Assembly (NCBI GenBank): GCA_002104945.1
Contig: MCFH01000010.1
Coordinates: forward strand, 868,001 to 932,000
From: Piromyces finnis finn
Lineage: Eukaryota > Fungi > Neocallimastigomycota
Length of the DNA: 64,000 nucleotides
Direction: 5' to 3'
The notes beneath the pieces were generated by a model. That model searched no databases and was not told the DNA's origin. It saw only the letters and a list, made by a program, of their open reading frames with translations. Positions 28,866 through 40,155 of the stretch are shown piece by piece. Position 1 is the first letter of the stretch. Each line of letters opens with the position of its first letter. Made by a program: the position numbers and the translations under genes.

Positions 28866-28911
<46 letters not shown>

Positions 28912-30362
28912 AAATTATTAATTTATTAATTTATAAATTATTATTATTATTATTATTATTAATATAAGTAGTAGTAGAAGGTGTTATTGTATTAATATTA
29001 GTATTGGTCATTGAATTCCATAATTAAAATTGAAGATTAAAAATATCAGATTTTTTATTAAGAAATAAGAAAACATGATGAAATATTAAAATTCTGAACT
29101 TATTACTAATAAAGATATCATTTTAATTGTATTATCGAAAAAAAGAAAGAGATTTTATATATCAATTTTAATTGTTGAAAAATAAATAATAAGCATAACC
29201 CCATTTTATTCTCATCAATTTTTTTATTGAATTTATTTTCTTATTTTAAATAACTATATTGTATTGTCGATTACTACAATTAAAATTTAAATTCTTACAT
29301 TTATTATGCAACAAAATTATTATAGGTTTTAGATTGAAATTTACAGTAGTTGATTTTCTTCAAAATTAGAGTTTTCCTTTCCTGTATATTTTTAAAAATA
29401 TATATATGTATTTGAAATTATCTTATTTAATAAAACAATTTTACAATAATAATATTGATAAAAAAAAGAAAGAAAGAAATGAAAATATAAATTATAATAA
29501 AGAAATAATATTATCAATTTATATTATATAATAATTAATTTATCATTATTACATTACTACATTATAAATTCTATCTTTATAATTTTTAGTTATTTTCTTA
29601 AAAAATACTCGCTAATTTTAACCAATGATATCTTTAAAAAAAATACTCTTTATAATTAAAATTATGATTGTTGTACAATCTTGATAATAATTTAGTATTT
29701 AAGCCATAATATTATAAATATAATAAATTATTTTTTTTATTTTCTATTATATTTACATATTTTCATATTCCATAATTGATTCACCAACCCATAATGTTTT
29801 ATAATTCTTTGGAATTACATTACACATACTCATATTTTTTGAGTATTACCTTTTAGTCTCTCAAAATTTTAACAGAAATTTATATTTACTCCTATAATTG
29901 TAATTATAAATAAATATAAATAACAGTTTATATTTAAAAAAATATTTTTTATTTTTTAATTTTTCTTTTTTATTTTTTATTTTTTATTTTTATTTTTTTT
30001 ATTTTTATTTTTATTTTTATTTTTATTTTTATTTTTATTTTTATTTGTATTTTTATTTGTATTTGTATTTTTTTTTTTTTTGTTTACTTTTTATACATTA
30101 AATTATAATTTTAACTATATTTATCATTATTTTCGTTTTACAAAATTCTCAATTATTTTTATTTTTTCTAAATTATTTTAGAAAAAATAAAAATAAAAAT
30201 AATTATATAATTTCACATATTAATTATATATTTGTAACATTTAATGAGAGATAAGTTAAAAAAATCTATAAAAATATTATAAATTTAATTAGCATAAATT
30301 AATTTTTTTTAAGCATTTCTGTTTGTGGGTATGTTATTAAAATAGCTATTATATTTATGTAT

Positions 30363-30953
30363 TTAATTGCAAGAGCATCCACAACCACAAGAAGTCTTTA
30401 CACAACCAGCACACATTTGGCCTGGTTTACATGGGCACTTTCCTTCAGCATCTCTGCATGGACAATCAGTTGGACAATCACAAGCCTTCTTTTCTTCTGA
30501 GCATCCACACTTTTTAGTAGTAGAACAACCACAACCACATCCTTCAGCATTTACACAACCAGCGCACATTTGACCTGGTTTACATGGACACTTTCCTTCA
30601 GCATCTCTGCATGGACAGTTTGGTGGACAATTACAAGCCTTCTTTTCAGAAGTGCAACCACAGCCACAACCACAAGAAGTCTTTACACAACCAGCACACA
30701 TTTGGCCTGGTTTACATGGGCACTTTCCTTCAGCATCTCTGCATGGACAATCAGTTGGACAATCACAAGCCTTCTTTTCTTCTGAGCATCCACACTTTTT
30801 AGTAGTAGAACAACCACAACCACATCCTTCAGCATTTACACAACCAGCACACATTTGACCTGGTTTACATGGACACTTTCCTTCAGCATCTCTGCATGGA
30901 CAGTTTGGTGGACAATTACAAGTCTTCTTTTCAGCGGAGCAACAATCACACAT
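30363..30953 (-). CDS. Long modular metallothionein-like protein, 196 aa, 53 Cys, four modules (A-B-A-B)
   Basis: 27% Cys in CxC, CC and CxxC clusters. No F, W, Y, H, L or I and no signal peptide. Four copies of EKKxCxCPxxCPCRDAEGKCPCKPGQMCAGCV, with a near-exact 285-bp internal duplication. Confidence 0.82.
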   Translation of the reverse strand: MCDCCSAEKKTCNCPPNCPCRDAEGKCPCKPGQMCAGCVNAEGCGCGCSTTKKCGCSEEKKACDCPTDCPCRDAEGKCPCKPGQMCAGCVKTSCGCGCGCTSEKKACNCPPNCPCRDAEGKCPCKPGQMCAGCVNAEGCGCGCSTTKKCGCSEEKKACDCPTDCPCRDAEGKCPCKPGQMCAGCVKTSCGCGCSCN

Positions 30954-31059
30954 TTTTTTTTATTATATTTTTATTATATTTTAATTATATTTTTAAATTT
31001 TTATATTTTTAAAATTAAATTATATTAATTTATTAAAAAAAAAAAAAAAGAATATTCAC

Positions 31060-31237
31060 ACCTTTTTATATTTTATTTAGAAATAAATTTCGCTTTATCT
31101 ACCAATAATTAATAAATTAATTTTTAAAATGACTCACTAAGCAAATTTTGGTTTTTTTTAATTGGTAAAAACATAGTTCATTTATTAATAAGCCACTATA
31201 TGAATCATTATAGAAAAAAAGAAATTTTTTTGAGTCA
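31060..31237 (-). promoter_or_regulatory. Candidate promoter of the metallothionein-like gene: TATA-like TATAAAAAGG plus two AP-1/Gcn4/Yap-type TGA(C/G)TCA sites
   Basis: TATAAAAAGG on the minus strand at 31070-31061. TGACTCA at 31130-31136, TGAGTCA at 31231-31237, and near-match TGAATCA at 31201-31207. All lie within 290 bp of the ATG at 30953. Function is inferred. Confidence 0.45.
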
Positions 31238-32167
31238 TAAACCATCTTAGCTTATTTTAAAATGTACATTTATATTACATTTTTCTTATATTTTAAATAT
31301 ATTCTCATCTAAAATCATTGAAAAAAGTTAAACATCTAAAAAGGTTTATAAGAAGGAAGCATTCATATATTCCTCAAATATGAAAAAGTAAGTTTATAAA
31401 AATAAATTACTACTCTTACACTTTTTACTATTAATTACAAAAAAAATAAAAACATTATCTCTATTACATTTATTTACATGTTTAATTAATATAATAAGTG
31501 GAAATATAAACGGAATTCAATAAAATGGTGGATTATTGAGGATATTTTCCGAAAGATATATTTTTATAAATAATATCATTAAATTAATATATATTAATTA
31601 AATTTATTGTAATATATAATAAATTGGATGTATACTGTTAATATATGGTGATATAATTAATATATTATTATTTAATTATTATAAAATCTTCCTAATCTAA
31701 AATTAATTCCCTTAACTTTTTTTTAAATATAATAAATTACATAAAACAGTAAATCATATTTTTATTAACAAGTATTAATATTCTATAATAATGTTTATAA
31801 TAAAATAAGTATTATTAAATATTAATAATTCTTATAATAATTATTTTTGTATTTTTTTAAAAAAAATTAGTCTTTTTTAAAATACTACAAAAGAATAAAT
31901 AATGAAATATATTTTTTAATCTTTTACTAAATATCGGAATTAATAATAATAAATATAAACATTAAAGGTTTGTTTACATTAACATAATGGAATATTTATA
32001 ATTTAAATTATATACTAAGTATTAGGATGATATTTCAGAATAATTCTAATATATCATCAAATTAAAATAAAAATATATATAGAAATAATAATAAAAAATA
32101 ACTTGTTTAATTTTAATCATATTATATTTATATATCTTTAATAACAATAATAAAATAATTAGGTTTA

Positions 32168-32262
<95 letters not shown>
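32168..32262. repeat. (ATT)n microsatellite
   Basis: About 31 perfect trinucleotide units, intergenic. Confidence 0.95.
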
Positions 32263-32263
<1 letters not shown>

Positions 32264-33606
32264 AATGATTAAATATATTAACAAAAAAGGATAAAATATA
32301 TTATAATGCATTTTAAGAGAGAAAAAATAATAATTTATAATTAATGTATATTTCTATATTAATAATAGAAACTGTTATTTTTGCCTAATAAACGTTGATT
32401 ATTAATTATTATTTCTAATAATAATATAATAATAATAATAATAATTTGATTTATTATATAATATTGATTTGAATAAAAAAAAAAAGGGATTTAAAAATAA
32501 AGTCCCATCTTTCTGATATTTCTTTTCAAAAAAAATAAACCATGATTCCATTTAATTATTTAAATATTAAATTTGCTAAAATAATATAGTTTACTTTGTG
32601 ATTTATATTCATTGTTTAAATGAAAACTTTTTATAATATTATGAAATGAAATGATTTACTTTATTATTATGAAAAAAAAAAAAAATAAATAAAAAATAAA
32701 AACAAAGCAATATTTATTAATGACAATTTGAAAGCATAAAATTTTGTAAATTCAATTGACTTATATATACAATTAATAAAAAAAATTACTTTTATAAGAA
32801 TGTATAATGAATAATAATATTGGTTTTATATAATATATATATTAAGTGTTAGAGAATTTAAAAGTAATGTTGATATTATTTATATAATATAAATGTTAAT
32901 ATTAGATAATTATTATTTTTTGAAAATTAATATTTAAATAATCAATAAATTTAATTAAAATTTGAATTTCTAATCCTTTAAGAAATATATTAATAAAAAA
33001 AAATATATATATTATATATTTTATTATTTATTATATTAAAAGAAATATATATTAAAGAAGCATATAAATTATATAAAATTAACAAATATAAAATTTATTA
33101 ATTATCATTATCTACAATAAATAATAATGAGAAAATAAAGTTAGCTTATTTATTGCTTTATATGTTATAATTTTACGATTTTAATGTAAAAAAAATATAT
33201 ATTAAGTATTTATATTTCAATTATTTTTATAAAATAATAGGATAACTTTTTTTTTAGTTTATGAAAAATATATATAAACATTATATATATATTTATTAAA
33301 TTATTATAAAGGTATAAAAATATATAAATATTTTGATTTATATATGAATATCGTTAATTATTATCTTAATTATTATTATTATTTTTTAATATATGATTGC
33401 TTTATAAGTGAGTTTATGAATTTAGGTATTTTTATAATGAAATTATATTATTTATTCCTTTTTATTATATCTTATAAAATATTTGTAAAGAAATAGAAAT
33501 ATTTATAAATTCATTATTAAATATATATATATAAATAAATTGTGTAATATATTTAACTACTTTATTTATTATTATTGAATTATTATTATTTTTTATTTTG
33601 GAAATA

Positions 33607-34963
33607 TTATTCTTCTCCTTCGCCTTCTTCTCCTTCTTCTCCTTCTCCTTCTTCATTTAATGAAGGAACCTCTAAAGATATTTCATCATTTTCATTTTCT
33701 TCTTCTTTTTCTTCTTTTTCTTCTTCTTCTTCTTCATTTAATGAAGGAACCTCTAAAGATATTTCATCATTTTCATTTTCTTCTCCTTCTTCTTCTTCTT
33801 CGTTAAATAATGATACTTTCAAAGATATTTCATTATTATCATCATCTCCTTCCCCTTCATTATCATCATCACCATCTTCATTAAGTGATGATACTTCTAA
33901 AGATATTTCATTATTGCTATTTTCATTTTCTTCATCTTCCTTACTATCATCTTCTTCCCTTTCTTCATTAAATGGTGATATTATTCCATTATTTTTATTT
34001 TCTTCTTCTTTTTCTTCTTCATTAAATGAGGGTATTTCTAAAGATATTTCATTACTTTTATTTTCTTCTATAGTAATTTTATCTTTTGGAAAAAGGTAAT
34101 CATTTTCAAGTTTACTAAGATCATAACCTAATTCGGTTAATTTTTCCGCATAACAATTCTTTCTATTTTCTAAAATTCTAACTTCAGCCTTTAAATCAAC
34201 AATAACTTCTTTGAAACGTAAATTAGCTTCTAATTGTGTTGCATTTACAACTGATTCGACTAAACAGAAAATCTAATTAAGTATAAAGGAAAAAAATCTT
34301 AATTTCTTTTTTTTTTTTTTTTTTAAAAATTTATTATTAAAAATTTATATTTAAAATTTATTAAAAACTTACTCTCCAAAAACGAAGTACAATTAAAACA
34401 TCAACAAATCCTTGAGCTTTTTCATTAGCCGAGAAGAAAGTAATAATCATAGTAACAGTGAATGTTATTATAACAGTAAAAGAATCAATAAAATTAAGCC
34501 AACTTTCAAAGAGATATTTATAACCGTGACAGTAAATATGTAACAAAACTTCAGTTGTGAAAACATATAAGAAGATGTCCGAAACAAAACCAAGATGATG
34601 AACTACAGTAGCAAATTTATCTTGACCATATGAATCTTGTGGTTGTGAATCAGGTAAGTCACATTGTTTTTTTTCATCTAATTGAACAAATAATTCTAAT
34701 ACAACAATGAAAATATCACAAGCGATCATTAATAAAATAGTGAGATTCCATTTAGTAGTACTTAACATATGTCCAATTCTATTTCTTAAGGTTCGACTTT
34801 CTGGTTTTTCTTTGACTAAGAATAATATATCGTTTTCATTATAAATTGAAATTTCATTATCATAACTGTATAAATTTTGATTACTTGGAACAGAAAGATA
34901 ATTTGATTGTTCTTGCTTATCTTCTTCATTTAATAAAGGTGTTTGTTCTGTTTCATTATACAT
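33607..34963 (-). CDS. HVCN1: Voltage-gated proton channel Hv1-like (isolated voltage-sensor domain, coiled coil, acidic repeat tail), 418 aa, 2 exons
   Basis: Exons 34963-34373 and 34272-33607 (GTAAGT...AATTAG, phase 0). Exon 2 was translated by hand and is open to TAA at 33607. Four TM helices: S1 ILLMIACDIFIVVLELF with the selectivity Asp, S2 ...VFTTEVLL, S3 NFIDSFTV, S4 LIVLRFWRIFCLVES with the Hv Trp. No pore domain. Confidence 0.78.
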
Positions 34964-37758
34964 TTTAAAAATATTTTTATTTTATTTTTATGACTGTTTA
35001 TATATTATATATATATTTGAAAAAAAATAGTTAACAATCTTATGCCATTAATTTTTAAAATTGACAGCACTGAATTATTTATTAATATATATTGTTAATA
35101 CTAAAGTATATCTTTATCTTTATATATATTACTTATTTTTCTAAATTATAATAAAAACTTATTAGAGTAATAAAATAAACATTTCTTTTAAATTCTTCCA
35201 TTTTATCATTATTATTTTATTTATTACTATTTCTTGAAATTACATTTTCATTTTTAAATGCATAATATAATTGACCAAAAAAAAAAAAATAATATAACTA
35301 TATTTATATTTCAAAAAAAAAAAAAGATTATTTACATTTATTCTTCAGTTTCCAATTAAATAGGTTTTATTATTATTTTAAATTTAATTTTTATTAACTT
35401 ATTATATATATATACTTTAATTCCACCTTTTTTTTTTTATTGTATATATATATTATTTTTATTTTTTTTTTATTTTTTTATTTTTTATTTTTTATTTTTT
35501 ATTTTTTATTTTTTATTTTTTTATTTTTTTTATTTTTTTTTTTATTTCTTTATTATTTCTTGTGTTGAAAAAGATTTATATATTTTATTTAACTAATATT
35601 TAATTTAATAATAGTTAGAGTTTTTATTAAAACTTTAATTGTTACTGTTATTTAAATGTTACACAAACATCTTTTATTTTACTATTAAATGATAGGTTAA
35701 ATATTTTTATTTAAGAATCGTATGAATAAATGTGGTTTAAAAAAAATTAATAAAATAAGCAAATAAGTAAATAATTATATAAAAATAGGTGAAAATCTAA
35801 ATAAATGTTAAGATTAACAAAATTTGGTTGTTATTATTCTATTTTCATTGATTTATAATTGTGGCTTATGAATATCATTTATATTTCTAATATATTATTT
35901 ATGTTATTTATCAATACTTAATATTTCTCATTTTAATTAGAGTTATATATGTTTAAAAGGTTTAAAAGAAATAATAATATTGATTTTGGATTATAATTCA
36001 TGTATAAATAATTATAAATATAACAATAATATATAAAAAGATATAGGATAAAGATGATGAAGATTATTACAATATAAATATTAAGGGAATAAAATAAAAA
36101 ATTCAATAGTAATTTAAGTTATTTTTTTTTTCAATCTCCCAAAGTAAAGTTTAAGTAAAGATTAATAAATTTTATTAAATAAAATTACAAAAAACTGAAT
36201 TTAAAATGATTAATATTAATTGATGACTTAATAATATTGAATTGATAAATAATAATAATAATAATAAATAAAGAAAAACCTTTATTAATAACTATTTTTA
36301 AATAATCATAAAAAATTATGAAATTACTATTTCGTTTTAAATTACGTTTTTTTTATTATAAGAAAATCAATTTTATTTGAAATATTAATTGTGATAAAAA
36401 ATGCAAGAATAAATTTTTTTAAAACTGCTATTTTTACTTGTATAAATATAAACTATATTTCTTTCTAAAAAATAAACTATTAATGAAAAAAATAATATTT
36501 ATAGTATAAATGTTTGAATGCTTTTATGGATAAATATAAGATAGTTAAATTCTTACTATTTAATTTAAATTTCTTAAATTAGTTAATTTATATGATTAAA
36601 CTTTATAAACTTCTATTTAATAAATTAATTTTTATTCTTTATAATTAAGAGAAAAAGTTTACATAAAAACAAAAAACAAAAAAACAAAATATATATATAT
36701 ATATTATATAATAGATTTAATAATTGATTAAACTATAAAAATATAATTTTTGTTAAATATATTAATATAATGGTTTCTATATGAATAAATTCGTAATTGA
36801 TACCTTTAAAGCTAAATTATTCATTATGTATTTTAATTTTGAAAAACTCATAATCTTTTATATATATAGTGTAAATGAATCGTATTTTTATATATTTTTT
36901 ATTTTTAGTTTTGTATTATTTTTTAGATATTGCTTTGATAGTATATTTTTATAGGATTGTAATTATACTATGTTATTAGAAGTAGAAAAATAATAAATGA
37001 TATGAATAATAGAATTGTATATAATATATTTCTATGTATTAGCTTTTTTAATATATGTTTTCACTTTTTTTTTTATACTTGTACTAGTTTCTGTATATTT
37101 TTATTTTTTGGGATGTCAAGTTTATTAATACATGGTTAATGAAAATAATAATTTAAAAAGTGTATAGGTATGTACATTATCATTACATGATGTATAAATC
37201 ATGCATTAATATAATATAAATATAATATACTATAAAGTTTTTATTTTTATTTTTTATATGGTAAAATATAATTTAATATATTAACTTCCATACATTATAT
37301 AGTATATATAAATCTTATTTATAAGATTTATATATATTAAAAAATCCTATTACCAATTAATCATCTATATAAACAATAATAAAAAAATGAATATTGATTC
37401 AAGAATTAATATTATTTAAAAAAGAAAATATTACTAATATAATATTATAATTAAGATAATCATGCTTTATTAAGTAGGTACCAATGCTCTTAAATATATA
37501 ATAGAATAAGATATTTTTCTTCTTTATTGTAATATTAACATTATAATTATTATTTATTTTATTAATTCATTATTACCTACAAACTAAATATTTTAATTGA
37601 TACATATACTTCATGCTAATAATAAATATTAATATGACAAATATAAATTTAATATTAAAAACGAAATGATGATATGATAATGAATTTTAAATAATATTAT
37701 TTATAATTTATTAACAATTGAATATAATATATAAGATTTTTAATATATCATAAATTTC

Positions 37759-37789
<31 letters not shown>

Positions 37790-38002
37790 TTTTTCTTGTT
37801 ACTCTGCAATTATCTTTTTCTTTTTGAATAGGTGTAATATAATATTTATAAAAGGAAAAAAAAATATAAATGATAAAATTATTTAAACTACAAATTTAAA
37901 AAGTATACAAAATAAATGGAATAAAGAAAAAAAAGATTTAATCTTTTTGTTAAAGAATATATTTTAAAACATATTTTTTTATAAATGAATCGAAATTAAT
38001 TT

Positions 38003-38040
<38 letters not shown>

Positions 38041-38095
38041 AGTATTTTTTTTCTACAAAATTGATTTTGGAGATCAATTAATCATTTATAGAAAA

Positions 38096-38126
<31 letters not shown>

Positions 38127-40155
38127 TATAAAAGCACCTTTGAATATATAAAAACATATTAGAACAAACATAGTATTAACATAATTGTAAATGAAAAAAT
38201 AAATTACTTTATATCCCTTTTTATTTTTTTGTTTTAATAATTAATTATCCATAAAATTGAACATTTAAGGCCTTAGAAGAAAAAAGTAATAATAATATTT
38301 TTTTTAAATATATAAGTAAGATATCATATATCATTAAAAAGTAAAATAAAAAATAATTAATTGAAATTTAAAGTATTTTTTTTTTCAGTACTACTCATAA
38401 AGTATTTTTAATGTTTTATTAAATACTTTATAAAAATCTTAAAATAATTCAATATCATATATTATAATTATATTAATTAAAGAATAAATGAACTAAAGTA
38501 TTAGTACAATAATATATATTTTAATTTGGATGAATTCAATAATATTAGTAATAATGATATTTCTAAAATAATAGATAGAAATGATAGAAATAAAAGAAAG
38601 ATTATAAGTATGTACAGATTAAAACATCAAAATTGAATTAATAGTTTTATAAATATTATTCTAAATAAATGATTAAAATATATAATTAAAGAAAAATGAT
38701 ATATAATTTTTTTTAAAAAAAAAGTGAATAATAATATTTATATTTGATTAAATCAACATCAAAAAATATATATATATATATAGTAAATTCATTTTCTTCA
38801 TTTTCCTTTCTATCTCCTTTTTATTATTATTATTATTTTTAACAAAAGAAATAATAATTAATAAGTATAAACAAAAAATAATGCTATTGATTTTTATTTT
38901 ATTTGCAATAATAAAGTGAAGGAGTAAGATAAAAATGAATAATAAAATCAAACAATAAAAATTCAATCATAAAATTTAAAAATTTAAAATAAACAATAAA
39001 ATTAAAAAAGGGAACCCATTGAGGAAATTTATTACAATAATCTTACAAATATTGATATTGACGAGATAAATCAAATCAAATAAAATTGAAATGAAGACAT
39101 ATTGGTTTTTAAAATATAAAGATTGATAATTATGATTAAATTGTTTGATGAAAGTCTATACAAGCATTTATTAAACAGTAAAATACAAAAGTTTGTTATT
39201 TTTTTAAGTAAAAAAAATGAAGATATTAAGATAGAAATTTTAAACAATACTAAAGAAAAAAGGGAAAAAAAAATATCAATTTGGATTGTAATATGTTACA
39301 TTATTAATTTAGCAAGTAACTCAAAAAAAAAGAAATATAGAATAATATATCTTACTATTATATGAATGTCATTTTTCAGTACCACCAACAAAGACAACCA
39401 ATTTAATTTTAAAAGGAAGTGATATTGATAATTTATTATTTATTATATAATAAAACTTTTTATAGATATATTTGGAAATTAGCAAGAATAACATAAATTA
39501 ATTAAATAAATATTTATAATTTTATAATAAATTGGATTAATGATAAAAAAAAAACATTAAATTATAACATTATCAATTCGAAGATATATTCAGTAAATGA
39601 TTAGTTATTATTTTATTTTTGTTTGAAAGTATATAAATATTCATATGTTCAAAGAAAAATACTAATATACTAATATAACTTTTTTATTATTTAAAATATA
39701 TACATATATTTTAATTAGTAGACAATATATTTTTGAATCAATATAAAACAGGTACTTAAAATTTAATAATTATTTATCAAAAACATTTCAAAATATTAAT
39801 CATTTATTAAAAAAAAAAGATATTAATATTAAACAAATTTATATTGAATATTATTAATTAATTAAATAATTTATAAAATTAAAATAATAAAGTCAATATA
39901 TAGAATGTTTTTATTCAAACAATAAATTCAGAATTTTCATTTACTATATTTTATTTTTTATTCATATTTATTATTTATCAAATTTAAAACTTATCAGATA
40001 TTAAAATAATAAGATTAAAACTTCTATTAACAACAATAAAAATAAATGTCAAATTAAAAAAAATAATAATAACACTATAGATTTAAATAATTAAACAAAG
40101 AAATTTAGTTCATAATTTATTCAATATTTAATATTTATTATTCATTTTAAAGAAA

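Noticed and set aside
28680-30362. Possible splicing of the metallothionein ORF onto NBP35 as one gene
   Set aside because: The MT frame ends in TAA at 30363, and NBP35 has its own ATG preceded by AT-rich, stop-containing sequence. Nothing in the sequence requires a fusion.
30363-30953. Cys-rich protein as a fungal dockerin, CBM18 or other secreted disulfide module
   Set aside because: There is no signal peptide and none of the Trp/Tyr residues those modules need. The CxC-rich pattern fits a metallothionein. The overlapping plus-strand ORFs are antisense shadows.
33575-34099. 174-aa Ser-rich plus-strand ORF
   Set aside because: It is the antisense reading of the GAA-rich acidic tail of the Hv1-like exon 2.
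38480-39450. Scattered coding-looking fragments (NLDEFNNISNND..., EPIEEIYYNNL..., ORF 39123-39365, VPPTKTTNLILKG...)
   Set aside because: I could not assemble a phase-consistent splice model, and the fragments end in stops. It may be a decayed gene, but the support is too weak to call.
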